Below, piece by piece: positions 1 to 12,282 of a stretch of 64,000 nucleotides of DNA. This DNA comes from Paraspadella gotoi. Its lineage: Eukaryota > Animalia > Chaetognatha. A program made the translations under genes and the position numbers. Below the pieces are notes generated by a model. That model was given only the letters and a program-made list of their open reading frames with translations, was not told where the DNA came from and made no database searches. The stretch covers positions 15,398,228 to 15,462,227 of the forward strand of contig CM119264.1 in assembly GCA_051294375.1 (NCBI GenBank). Reading direction: 5' to 3'. The number at the start of each line of letters is the position of its first letter. Positions within the stretch are counted from its first letter, which is position 1.

Positions 1-1861
1 ATTTAGTTCATCTATTATTAAATATTCAATCAATCAATTTATTTAGTTATCTATTAATTAATTATTCAATCAATGAATTTATTTATAAATTAGGCAGTGA
101 TTTCTATCGAGGAATTTAGCAAAAAAACCACTGTTTTCAATATTGTTAGAATATTACCAACAAAAATGATTAAATTTTAACTCTAAGACAAAGTTGGCTA
201 GACTAATTGAAATCATCTGCCGCATTTTCTAATCAAGAATCAATATCATTTTTGCTACTTTTAATAAAAAAAATCATGTCCATTTTTGTCCATTTTGACT
301 ATTGTCTTGAGATTTGAATGCCAAGATCATTGAAGAAAAATTTTTTACTCCGGCTTTCGGGACCTTATCTTCTTTACCTCTGAGTTGGTTCATTTGCCGT
401 TAGTCATTATTGTTTGCCTATGAATTAATTTTTAAATTGACTAGTCAAAAACTTATGTTTTTACATTTTATTACAATTTCTTAAACCAAAATACTTCAAA
501 ATGTTGACAATTCTAATAAAATATTCCCTATTGCTGGTGCTACTAGTACCTAAAAAATTAGGGCAAAATATTTAATACTTAAGCTGCAAAAAAAATTTTT
601 AAGCCTACTTTTAAGTTGTGAGGTGCGTTTTATTTGAACTAAAACTTGGTATTTGACTTATTTTATAATTTTAATAGATGAGAAACATACTAAAATTGAC
701 GAATTAAAAAAAACCGCCTTCTTTTATTGAAAGTGGAAGCGTCAGCAAAATAATTTCTCCTAATCGACAGGTTTTTGCGGAAAAAATTTCCGCAAAAATC
801 TGTCGATTTTTTCAATCTGCTTGGCAACCAAACTTCCGCTAAAATCATACACTACCCTAGACGAGAATCTCGCTTTAAAAAAAATTCAACATTTTTCTAA
901 TAGAGAATTCCGTTCAAATCTGACTATCCAAATTGCAAACGCGTTTGCCAGAAATTCGGTTTAAAAACACTTGTTAAAACGCTCGATTCCGAGAGCGTTA
1001 CATCTGAAGAGCTTGTCCTATTCGTTTTATGGCATTTGATAAAGGATTTAATATCAAAAAGCCAGGGGAAATGCACTACTTCATTCCGCGGAGAATTTTC
1101 AAACCTCATTTTTACTATAGAAATGAAAGGGAAAGTTTACAAAAACTTAAAAATTGCAAACGGGATTGCTATTATGTTCCTGTTACATGAGCGGACTTCG
1201 AATTTCGCGATTTTGATAGCTTTGTTCTGAAGAGCTTGGTCCTATTTTTTTTTTTTTCATTTTATAATGATTTTGACCATAAAATGATCAGGTTTAAATG
1301 AAATAGTCCGGTTTGAATCGCGAAATTTTATTTAAAAAGAAATTAAAAGAAAGGTTGAGAAAAAAACTGATTTTTCCTAATACTCTTTTGAAGGAATAAA
1401 GATAAAGGGATGGCAATAGTACCAAAATGAAGCCATAATCATAGGGCACATACAAGATACAATTTTAGAATTACTTAGTTTGACACTCACCCTGTAGGAG
1501 GTTTCAGCATAAGTCAAAATTATAATGAATTTTAAAAACTAATGACACCCCATCAGAATAAATGAAATTTATTCTTTTTATGATTCTGAAAAGAAAAAGG
1601 CTAAAAATTTTTTGGATAAAGAAAATTGAAATTTTTGTCACTTAAATATTTGCTTGTCTGATTTAACAAGGCATGCTTACAAAATTCTACAAAATATTAT
1701 TCACCCATCACAGCCTAAGTATTTATCTTTCTATTCCACCAGCAAAAGTAAACATTATCTTATTGAAGAGAACAGGGATGTTTACTGAAAGGAGCCGAAA
1801 GCCATTCAACTTCTCACTTGATGTTATTTTTTAATAATAAAATAAGCAAATTTTTTTATTA

Positions 1862-3968
1862 TGAAAGAACCCCCCTCCCGACGCTAGCGGAGAGGGAGAG
1901 ACGTCGGGAGAGAAACTGGACTAAAGACCGGGACGCGCTGGCGCCGTAAAGTTTATAAATTTCTTATCCACTTGAGTCTTGATATTTAATGGTACCTTAA
2001 TAAATAATAATCAAAGCATATAGATATTCATACAATAATCAATGAAATACTAACTAATTAATCAAAGAAGCAATAGTAAATAAAAAATAAATCCACAAGA
2101 ATCCACTAAGCGTCCATTAAGGTCACAAATGTTTATTATTTTAGAGAAGAGTCCCGTTTCAGAGGCAAATCTGGAATGACCGCAAAAAGAGAGAAAGAGA
2201 CGAATGTCGATATCTCCTATATTAAAAGAGCATCTGAGTTAGGTCGTCTGGACTTTACAGCTCCTCCCTTATCCACCAAGATCCTGTCCTCAGGATACGC
2301 TCCGGACTCTGCTGAACCTTCCATGAAACTCTCATCTGGATCTTTCATTCACTGATCGGATTCATCTTGTAGAAATGCTCTGTGCCACGCGGGACTTAAA
2401 ATATTTATGTATATTATTCTGTTAAATTGATGGCTAGGATAACATATAGGACTCTCACAAAATCCGCTCTTGTCCGCGCAAACCCTGAATGTATCAAAAA
2501 TCTTGGAGAAAGATATTATTCAAACAGCCATCCCAGGAATGGGCGCTGGCTTCCAACGTGTTTAATAAAACATCCAAAAGTACATTTAGCATCGAAATGA
2601 AAAAGTAGGATCTCCGGAGAAAGAAAATAGTAAATTCAATACACTTTGAGTCACCATAGACATTGTGAATTTGTAACAGATCTGATATCTTTTTATCGCT
2701 TTTGTTTAATTATTTTAATTACGCTAGAATTCATTTTTCCAACTGCATGAGGCCATGAGGCAATCGTCGAGGGCATATACTGTGCCGTTACAGCACGGAC
2801 TCTCACCATGACAGTGAGGTGAATACGGACCTCTTCGACCCCCTTGCTGGCCTTTTTTTTTTCTATGGATCTGTGGTTTCATGAGCATGAATTTGTAAAC
2901 ATTCAAGAATTAAAAAACGATAAGAATAACTTGTGATATTTTTGTCTAATTTTTGTTTGGTTTTTTCTTTTGTTGTTTATTTTGAGTGCACTCTTTGTTT
3001 ACAATAAAATTATATTACCTAGGAGTAGGTAAGGAATNNNNNNNNNNNNNNNNNNNNNNNNNGAATCATCTTTTCTCTAACTTTTAAAATAAACTTCCAA
3101 GACATCCAAATGGTTGTAAAAACAGATTTAACATCTAAGTTTTTTATCTAGTTTTTCCGCGAATTCCGGTTTGAGAAAATGAAAATTATCTTTTCGATAG
3201 AACTTGAAATAAAAGTGCCAATTCGGGCGAACTTCCCACTTGAATTCGTTCATTAGGAGCTACTCTTAGCTTGTGAGTGGCAAGAAACGGCATTAACTGG
3301 TCTGGGGTGAGCAGGGCACGACAACAGAAGATGGGCCCTTCCCTCTGCTGCTCTTGGGTTGCCTCTCCGATGTTTGTAAGGAAGTGGAGGAAAGACGGTA
3401 GAAGGCATTAGAGAAATTAGTGCGCTATCCCCGCGTGACATCGCTCTTTTACCTAAAATCCGCAGATCCCGACGATTCCAGTGTCGAGTTTTTCTGACTT
3501 TTAAAAGTTTCTTTCCCGCGTGATTTCCGAATTCTTCCGCGCCGTTTGAAGACGTGTTCCAGGCCGTAGATGCACCAGATGAAAGAACCCCCCTCCTCGA
3601 CCTAGCGGAGAGGGAGAAGACGTCGGAGAGAAAACTGGACTGAAACCGGGACCGCTGGCGCCGTAAAGTTTATAATAAGTTTCTTATCCACTTGGAGTCT
3701 TGATATTTAATGGTACCTTAATAAATAATCAAAGCATATAGATATCATACAGACAATAAATCAATGAATACTAACTAATAATAAAAGAAGCAATAGTAAA
3801 TAAACAAATCCACAAAGAATCCACTAAGCCGTCCACAAATGTTTATTATTTTAGAGAAGAGTCCCGTTTCAGAGCAAATCTGGAATGACCGCAAAAGAGA
3901 GAAAGAGACGAAGTCGATATCTCCTTATATAAAAGAGGCATCTGAGTTGAGATCGTCTGGACTTTACA
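1862..3968 (-). mobile_element. LTR retrotransposon (short or collapsed internal region containing an assembly gap): 5' LTR 3580-3968, 3' LTR 1862-2259
   Basis: Two ~390-bp direct repeats read TGTAAAG...CTTTCA on minus and contain TATATAA and AATAAA. PBS-like TGGTGCATC(TAC)GGCCTGGAA lies 2 nt after the 5' LTR (3557-3577) and resembles the complement of invertebrate tRNA-Gly(GCC) 3' end. Polypurine tract AAGGGAGGAG (2261-2270) precedes the 3' LTR. No TSD or recognisable gag/pol ORF; N gap at 3038-3062. Confidence 0.8.
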
Positions 3969-6554
3969 CAACGAACGACAAATCAGAATCCAGAAAATAT
4001 CCACAGAACAGTAAAATCCTTGTGGACGACGTATTGAAAGTCCAAACGGCGGATATAACAATCCGTGTTAAGCATACGTAAGAAAGAACATTAAATTTGA
4101 AAGCCAATATGACAGATTCATCGACATTTAATGTGGTTAGGGGCGAGCCCTATAACATTTTACTACTACGAAGAAAACACCCCTCGCCGTCAAGATCCAC
4201 AAAGGCTGAACGTAAAAAAGGCGTGAAAATTAAAGAAAGAACGAGGTTATCGACCGGAGACCGGAGGCCATTTGGATTTTTAATTCTAAAATTTATTGCT
4301 TAATGACAAAAGACAGAAAATGGGTTAGTTGTAAACGTAAGTTAATTTTCAAATATATTCGTTCAAATTTCAATTGTTCACAAAAATCTTATTTTTATTT
4401 TGATGATATTGTTGATTGTTGGTGTAAAAAGCTTTCTCCTGCTTGGGAAAAAAAATACGTGAAAATATGAAAAAATCACGAAATTAGCTGCATTTTTTTT
4501 TCGCTTATTTCGGATTGGCCTTTTCCAGTTTTCGGATTGTAACGTTGGAGTTTTTTAGGTTTAAGGTTAGAAGAATATAAAAGTTTATTATTTAAAAAAA
4601 ATATTTTAGTTAAATGATTGAAAAGAATATTTACAAAAAAATCAATTTGAATCTTTGGCCCGTGCGGTCGTAAAGTAATTAACTCACTAAATGTTTAAGG
4701 CATCGTGTACTTTTTAAAAATTGTCTTGCCCTTCGATATTAATAGGTTATATAGATTAATTATATGTAATGTGATATAACAAACGCAATAAAATATATGT
4801 TTCTCTTAAAGATGTCGCAACTAATCTTCCTCCAAATCTCTTCCCCCTGGTCCTCCAACAAAGATCTCTCCGACTCCATCAAATGCCCGTGTTCAGACGC
4901 TGTGCTCAGACTTTTTTTGTGACGTCATTATTCATAGCATTATAACGCAGAAACAGAGAACGGAGACAGCAACGATAAGGCATGAGTCTTTTTTACGCAC
5001 ATAAAAACGTTTCGTTCGAAAAGAAGGAATCGTGTTATTCGCCGGAACCGATCGGATCGAATGCGTTCCCGTGTTTCCCACTCCGAGGTTCGCGTCGTGA
5101 TGGGGCGAGCCAAGAGTGCGCATCTCGGGCGTGCAAGAATCGTATCGCCGGCCTCGGGGCAGTTCGGAAGAAAGTGGCCTCTGAAGCTCCCGTTCTTGAC
5201 AGATGACTCGCGACCTAAGGGCGGCTAACTCGAAACCGTCCGGGGCGCGGTCGCGCGCCGGAGCATGGGCAGCGGGTGCCAGCGGCACGGCGGTGGAGCC
5301 GTGGAGAACGGGCGTCACCCGATCGGGATCTCCCGGCGCCCAAGGGAACGGGCTTCCATTCCGCCAATGGACGCCGCGTCACCAGACGGCGGCGTTCGGC
5401 GGCGCCCGAGCTAATTCTGGCAGGTCTCGTTCGCGCGGACAGGCGCCTTTACGGCAGGCCGGCCGCAGCGAAGCGTCCCAAAGTCACTGGCTTCTTTTTC
5501 TATAGCGGCTTCCTAACTACCCTAGATTTTTTTTCTTACAATACATTTTAAAGTTTTTTTTACATCCAGTATGATATGAATGCAAATAATGAGTGAGAAT
5601 GAGAAAAAGATAAGAGAAAAGAGAGAACGGGTAAAAAAAATTGAAGGGAGAGGGAGAAAGTGGAAAGAAATTAATATATGGGGAGAGGGGGGGAAAACGA
5701 GAACAATTGAGAGAAAAAAGATAAGAAACGGGGAAGAAAGAGAATCAGAGAGGGAGAGAAAAACAGAGATTGAGAGGAAGGGAAATAAAGGTTAAGGAAG
5801 AAAAGAAGGGATGACACAGAGAAATATGAGGACAGAAAAGTACGAGAAAGGGAGAGAAAAAGAGAAAGAGAGAAAAAGAGAGAGACAGAGAGAAGGTTAA
5901 AGAGAGAAAAAAAGGGTAAAACTTTTAAAATATAGTGTGCCGTTGTTTTGCCTAAGCAGTAGCATATCTGAAAAAACGCGATAGATCTGACGAGCAATTT
6001 AATCTTTAAAAGTTGTTCTTACCATGAAAAATTGTTTGTTTCATCTTAATTATGGCAAATATCGTAATTGGAATGATTGACGTGAAAGAAATCATGTCAT
6101 TTTGAAAGCATAGAAATTCACCCAGTGAGTTCTATGTCATAAGGAGAAAATAACTATAGCCAACCGTTTTTTTAAATAAAGAGTGTTTCATATTTATCAG
6201 TGGGAAAAAAAGAAATAATAGTTATTTAAGTTCCAATTTCATTGTTGAAAATACCGGAATAAAAATCACTTATTTACTCAATCAATCAAGTCAATCTGTT
6301 TGCGTTGCCTCTGCTTTCAGACTTATTTTACAAATGGCGACGATCGAGGTTTCAAAAGTTGTTTATTTATCAAAGTTAAAAACAGGCGAGGATATAAAAG
6401 CATTTCCAAATTATTTGTAAACAATTCAAATAAACAAAATTTTGGTTAAAAGGTAAATAAACGGTCTTAAAACCATTTTGACGTCATAATCATCACGCAC
6501 AAAACGGGGTAAAACTGAAAAGGAATAGTTTTAACGTTTACCTAGCCTAGGTCC

Positions 6555-7128
6555 TAGGACTAAGCTCTGACGAAAAAAGCCAGAGGTATTTTTAATATAT
6601 TCTTTTACCGGCCAATTTAGAATGATGGCAATATTGCTATTGTTAAGTTTCAAAAAAATCCGACCATAAATATAAAAAATATTAACCAAAATCTTCGGAA
6701 AATCCACCCCTTCTTTGGAAGATTTTTGCTATAGAAGATTTTTCCCGAATCTGACTCCCGGTTGAAAACTCTTAGAATTCCGATCGTTAGCTCCTATTTT
6801 ACTTTTACTTTAAATAAAAATTTTACCAAAATGGACTATTTCATATTACCATGATCGTATCATATTAAAATAACCAAATAAAATGTAAAGAAAGATTTTG
6901 AGAGCTCTTCAGACATATGGCTATCGGATTCCTGAATTCAAAGTTAATTGTAAAATCACAACATATGTTAAATGCATTTACATTATATTGAAGTTGAGAA
7001 ATCTCGTGTTTTTACATCTATTTTTACCGGAATTTTTTTCAGGAGCGTTTATATTGTTTGGTAGTCAGATTTTAACGAAAATCTCCATTGAAAAAATCTT
7101 CCTCAATCTCTCAGAACGTCAGCTCCTA
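6555..7128 (-). mobile_element. Non-autonomous DNA element, TAGGA...TCCTA family (same as 13192-13907 and 31843-32563)
   Basis: Reverse complement of the internal sequence at 31843-32563; termini TAGGACT / CTCCTA; GTTTACC occurs on both flanks (the left copy is separated from the end by a short CCTAG repeat). Confidence 0.65.
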
Positions 7129-9148
7129 GTTTACCGCGTTGGAATTCGCGATTTAAGTTATCTTATCTTCGTTATTAATTTTCCCTGAACAAATTTTTCG
7201 TTCGCATACGGTGAATTTAAGAGGATGAAAGACCTTTCAACTCGTTACTGAAATTCATGGATATGTCTTACAGTGGAGGACGGAATTTTTAGTGATATGG
7301 CCCACACGAAATGAGAACAGTCTTCTTGTAAATCATTAAGAAAGAGTTTTTACTTTTCTTTTTTGATTTATCTGTCTTTTTATCATTAATTTTAGATTCT
7401 TCGAATATTCTGATTACTTTGGTTTACTATGAAGAATTTTTTGTCTCATCTTATTTTCACCCTACTCATCTGCTTCATCCTCCTCTTCTTTTTTTTCTTC
7501 CCATAGCAATGACTTGAATTTTAAATGAAAGGTTTAAAGAAATAAACCAATCTTGATATTTTCTATTGATTATTTAATAAATGCCTTAGAATTAATTCTT
7601 TAAAAAAAAATTTTCGGGGAAAAAATATAGAAAAAGAAATCCTGAAAAAAAAATCTGAAATTTAAAAAAAACGGTAAAGAAGTCTTTTTGGTTTCTCGAT
7701 TGCGCAAAAATTTACCCCGTTTTATGCGTGATGATTTGAGGCAACTGAAGATTCTACAAAATTCCAAATCAAACGTTATCTAAAAATAACCCAGATTGCC
7801 TCGGCCAACTCTTTTTCCTTTTTTTCAATTATTCGTCGATGAGACTCCCGATCGCGAATCTGGGAAACTTCAATCAAGATATTTTCATTCCCGGCCATCG
7901 GACGTTGAGCCGTCTCCCCCTACGACAACGCTCGCCACCGCCGATACACAATCGTTATCGGCATTATTGTCGTCGTCGCCATCATCGTCGTCGTTGCTTT
8001 TGTCGTGGTCACTGGTCGCTGATAAAAACTGAAAAGACCTAAAAACAAACATTTCGGATCAAATTAATTAATTTATTAATTAAATTATTATTTTAGTTTA
8101 TATAGTTTGTATTTCCGCTGCTGATTCGTCCGAAAACGATTTGGCTTTTCTCTCTCTCTCTCTTTCTTTCTCTCTTTTTTTTTCTTTTTTTTTTTCTCAG
8201 GGGCTGCGTCTGCTGATCAGTTTATTTGACAATTAAAAAAGTTGTTTTTTTTTCAGAAACTAACTTTTATTTTCCTCGGTACTTTATTTTTTTTTTAATT
8301 GACAATCGCAAAATCGAATTTTTCTTTCTGTTTATAAATTAATTTTCTTTTCTCAAATTTGATTTTTTTTTAGTATCAAAATTTGTCGTCAATCCAGATT
8401 TTTCTTATGCGATTGATAGTAAGTAGATAGTAAGTAGATAATAATTAACCCATCTCGGAAGTTTGGTTCAAATTGATTAATTTTAAATACTTGGCTGCCT
8501 ACGCTGTTGATGAACAACTTCAACATCATAGAGGGGGTACTAAACGTTATCCAATTTTTTTTTTACAGATTCTTGTTAAGCTTGATTAAATGAACCTTTC
8601 TACCATGTTTTATGAATTTTTAAAAAATAATTCGAGAGAAATCCTGATTTTTCATATTTTTAAGGATTGAACCACTTCAAAATCCGATTTAAAAAAATTT
8701 TTTTGGAAATTCTTTAAATATTATTAGGAATATACATATAAATTTTTATTCAATTCTATTGATAAATAAAAAAATAGCTGTACTTCATATGTGGATGAGC
8801 CACTTTAACATCCTCAAATTACGAGGAGACCACCTCGAATTTTTGGTCTCCTTGACTGAAAAGTTGCATTATGTTGTTAAGAAGCTGTGTACCAAATTTG
8901 GTGCTGGTATCATATAAATAACTGTCAGTATATGGCAACAGCCGGGTTGCCTGTGATGCCCATTGGGATGGGGCATCTCACTGTTGGCTTTGGGGGCTTC
9001 CGTCCCTCAGTGACGCATCCAGTCACTGTCGCTGTTACCCTAGGACGGTCTCGCTTTGCCAAAGCAATCTTTAGGACTGTGATGGAGCACAACGCCTCTG
9101 AGCCAATGGATTTTGGCTGAACATGGTGGAAGTGAGGTGGTGTGAATA

Positions 9149-9770
9149 TTAGAGTGGAGCACTCAAGAACAAAAATGTATTTGAATGATCGAACAATGAT
9201 ATTTAGATGTGAGATAGTATGATTAACTATACAAAAAATATTTTGTTCATATTATCTCGGAAACAATAGTAAAATATATTATATTTGTAGTAATATCCTG
9301 ATAAAATAGTAAATTTTAAAAATAATTTTTATAAAACTTTTAATAAAGATTCAGATTCTTCATAAAAAGTTGAATCAAAAATATAAAACATGTTATCAAA
9401 AATTCTGTCTTCTTCAATGTTTAAAATAAGAAAAAAGGTGAAAATTCCTGATTTTTTATTCTCTGTAGTAGAAACTTATATATGTTAAAACGTTTTAGTC
9501 ATTTTTTGTGACTAAACATAAAAATATCATATAACATATTTTATAAAAGTTTCTTAGTTTTTTACAACGAATCCAAATCAGTTCTTAAAAATAAAAAAAA
9601 ATTATTTTGAAATTTGATGATTTTGTAAGGATATTACTATATAAAAAATTGAATTTGCTATACTGTTCTGCTAAAAAAATTTTAAAAGGATTTAAAATTT
9701 ATTAATTATATGTCCATAGGCAGCAAAAAAATAATGTTCAATCACTCAATCTTTTCATCACTCCATCATT
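9149..9770 (+). mobile_element. hAT-like MITE (family of 44251-44878)
   Basis: Starts TAGAGTGGAGCACT and aligns by eye along its length with 44251-44878; right end degenerate. Confidence 0.6.
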
Positions 9771-9817
9771 TCATCACCCACAAGTATCTCGACTATGATG
9801 TCGTCCTTTTTTTTCAA

Positions 9818-10255
9818 GTACTATCTAGGAAAAAAGTATGTCACATAATTCATTTATTCAATAAAAAAAATATAAAAAATGGGTAAAACGTGCTCAATTT
9901 TTGGTATATCTTTCTTTGGCATCGATTACTGCCTGCATTCGTCTGGGAATGCTCTTATACAGCAAATTGAGGTATAACAGCGAAATGTTTTTCGACATTA
10001 AAAATAACTATTTAAAATAAAAACAAATAACTAAAAACAAAAAATGGTAGAAAACTAAATACATTTTTTCGCCATTGTTTATTTGAAATAACAATATTTT
10101 TTTGCCTGTAACTTGATTTGACCTACAAAAAAATAGAAGGAAGTTACTGAAAGGAAATTCAATGTAGATTCGAAAATATTTTGTTTTTTTTTAAATCAAA
10201 TAAATTTTGGAGTAGATTATCTTTTATTAAAAATGACTTTTTTTCTAGATAGTAC
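9818..10255 (-). mobile_element. Internally deleted Tc1-family transposon retaining the transposase C-terminus
   Basis: 20-bp inverted repeats GTACTATCTAGGAAAAAAGT (9818-9837) and ACTTTTTTTCTAGATAGTAC (10236-10255). Minus strand ~9974-9894 translates YLNLLYKSIPRRMQAVIDAKERYTKN*, matching the Tc1 C-terminal motif S(M/I)PRR.QAVI.AKG..TKY*. Confidence 0.85.
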
Positions 10256-10532
10256 AGAGTTTAAAAAATAAATCAAACAAAGATTTAGAGCTAAACCCAA
10301 TTGACGAAATATTTACCAAAAAATATCTTAGCTAAGAGCGTAAAAGTGGGAGAAAAGTTACTAAAAAGGATTTTGAAAATTGTTTTTCGTTTATAAGATA
10401 TTTACTATTTAGGATTAATCATTGAAAACTTTTTTTCTTATTTAATACTTGTTTAATACTAATAATAATATATTTATAAGCTTAAAAAATTTTAAATGTT
10501 TTTATGGAATTAGATCTGTTTTATTCATTCAG

Positions 10533-10633
10533 GAAAAAAAAGCATCGCGCTGCAAAAATTAACTTTTTTGTGGAGATTTCTAAGGAATGCTTCAATATCG
10601 GCAACTTTAACTCTTTAATGGCGATTCTCGCAG
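10533..10633 (+). CDS. RASGEF1: RasGEF domain-containing family member 1, internal exon
   Basis: ttcattcag|G acceptor, G|gtaatg donor. Translates KKKHRAAKINFFVEISKECFNIGNFNSLMAILA(G), versus recalled human RASGEF1B KKKHRARMIEYFIDVARECFNIGNFNSLMAIISG. Phase 2 in, phase 1 out. Confidence 0.93.
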
Positions 10634-10742
10634 GTAATGACAAAACACGAAGGTGCAAAATAATACATAGCTGCATTTCGTGAGATAAAGCAGCTATCAT
10701 ATAAAATATTTTGAACAGAAAAAAATAATTTTAATATTAAGT

Positions 10743-10976
10743 TGTGGACGAATAACCGTAACACACAACCTTGGTCAAACCACTTGACCTTACCAAACTT
10801 ACCCTCGCTCATTTTCCCCCACTTATTTATGGTCAAAACGGTGACCTTTATGGTCAAAACGTTGACCTTTGTAAATACCATTGTAATAGTTTTAACATCT
10901 GAGCATTTTGACTGTTATCGGTATAACCTTGTTGAAGAATAAATTTATTCTTACTCTGAAACTTGTTGCGTCCACA
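10743..10976 (+). mobile_element. Ty3/gypsy 5' LTR (234 bp) inside RASGEF1 intron
   Basis: 8-bp inverted termini TGTGGACG...CGTCCACA; AATAAA at 10938; followed by PBS and gag. Confidence 0.85.
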
Positions 10977-10978
10977 CG

Positions 10979-10995
10979 TGGTGAGCCCGACGTGA
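10979..10995 (+). promoter_or_regulatory. Primer-binding site, tRNA-Trp
   Basis: TGGTGAGCCCGACGTGA, 16/17 match to TGGTGACCCCGACGTGA (complement of eukaryotic tRNA-Trp 3' end), 2 nt after the LTR. Confidence 0.85.
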
Positions 10996-11115
10996 AAAAA
11001 TACAAAAAAGAAAGAACAAACAAACAAACAAAAAGAAAACTCAACGAAAACGAAACAAACTCGCGAATCATTCTTCAATTTGAAACTTTTTTTTTTCAAT
11101 TTGAAACATTTTTAA

Positions 11116-11928
11116 ATGCCACGTTCGAATCACCCAAGCGTCTCACGCTCTCCAACGCCCGCCGACGAAGAAGAAATCACCATGCCTTTGACCACGCACA
11201 ACGCTTCCCACTCCGACAGCGCAGGCCGCGACGACGCCTTCCACGACGCCGCCGCCTCGACTTCCGCAATGTCTACTGAAGGACAAATAGAAAAACTTTT
11301 TCATATGATTTTCGAAATAAACACAAAACTCGCCTCGGTCATTGAAAGACAGAATCCTCCTTCAGCGGACGCAAGTATCGTTTCAACGGAGTTGCCACCA
11401 TCAGTGGAATATAACGGCGCTGGCGACGCCACTCCCGCGGGCAACCCAACCCACTCTCGACCTCCCTCCAGCGTTCCTGCAAGAAGGAACCCCCAGCTGA
11501 CGACTTTCGACCCAGACCACATCGAAGAGTGGCTAGACCACGCCGCTGTGGAATTCGTCGCCCCAGGAGTCACCGAGCCAGCCGAAAAGAAGGCGCTAAT
11601 CCTCAGCGCCATCCCCATCTCCCGCCACCGGCTAATCCCACATGGTCTGCGCATCGACGAAGGTCCCGAAACTCACAAAAATCTCGTCTCTCACCTGCAG
11701 AACATCTATGGTGAAGAGGCCAACAGGCGCGCTGCAAAGGCGTTGAAGATGACGTCACTTAAAGGCGTCACCCCTTCTCAACACCTTTCCGCGATCAACG
11801 CCTTCCTCGAATGCCTCACCATCGACAACATCAAGGCCGCCATCCTGGCCGCCGCCCTTCCTCAAAGCTATCCCTCACCAAATGTATCTCTTTTACTTTC
11901 TATTTTCTTTTCTTCAATTATTTATTAA
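11116..11928 (+). pseudogene. Truncated Ty3/gypsy gag (capsid-like, DUF7041-type pattern)
   Basis: PQLTTFDPDHIEEWLDHAAVEF..GVT....K...L.A.P...L...L...Y.....R....L....L....PSQ.L resembles the gypsy gag LP.F....PE.W....E..F...GIT...PSQ.L pattern. GC-richer coding character stops at ~11866, where PLE pLTR sequence takes over, so the last ~20 aa are read-through. Confidence 0.8.
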
Positions 11929-12282
11929 TAGTTATTTGTAAATGATTAACAAAGTTAGATTTTATTTTTTCAACGAATTTTATTGTTATAAGAGCATTTT
12001 TGAATTTTGCATTTTGTAAATGTTAAAATTTCAGTATACAAAAATCTTTTCAACTGTTGTACATTAAGAAATGTATTATTTTCTCTCTCCCTGTCTCTCT
12101 TCCCAATTGACCATTTCACTTCTTTTCAAAACTAAATTCAATCTGTCCTTACCCATGGCCTATTCTCACCACTGATCAAGGTCCTTGTTAAACTTTGGAA
12201 ACTTTTACCTCTCTCCCTCCCCTTCTTTAAATGAAAAATTTGTGAGTAATTCACAAAACATTTTGGCGCTGATGAAGGCTCG
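11867..12282 (+). mobile_element. Penelope-like pLTR fragment with truncated hammerhead (CTGATGAAGGCTCG at 12269)
   Basis: Shares the ctgtcctc-acc-actga...tggaaactt...ctctctc-ttcaca-gcgCTGATGA layout with the other pLTRs. Interrupted by a ~860-bp MITE (12283-13146); pLTR-like sequence resumes at ~13148. Confidence 0.7.

Noticed and set aside
7839-7900. NLGNFN resembling RasGEF NIGNFN
   Set aside because: The true exon is 10533-10633; surrounding residues do not match.
8450-8535. Possible upstream RASGEF1 exon (EVWFKLINFKYLAA versus VEWFNRLSYLVA)
   Set aside because: Needs a gap, lacks convincing splice sites and lacks the N-L-E-A-Y motif; upstream exons were not found in the window.
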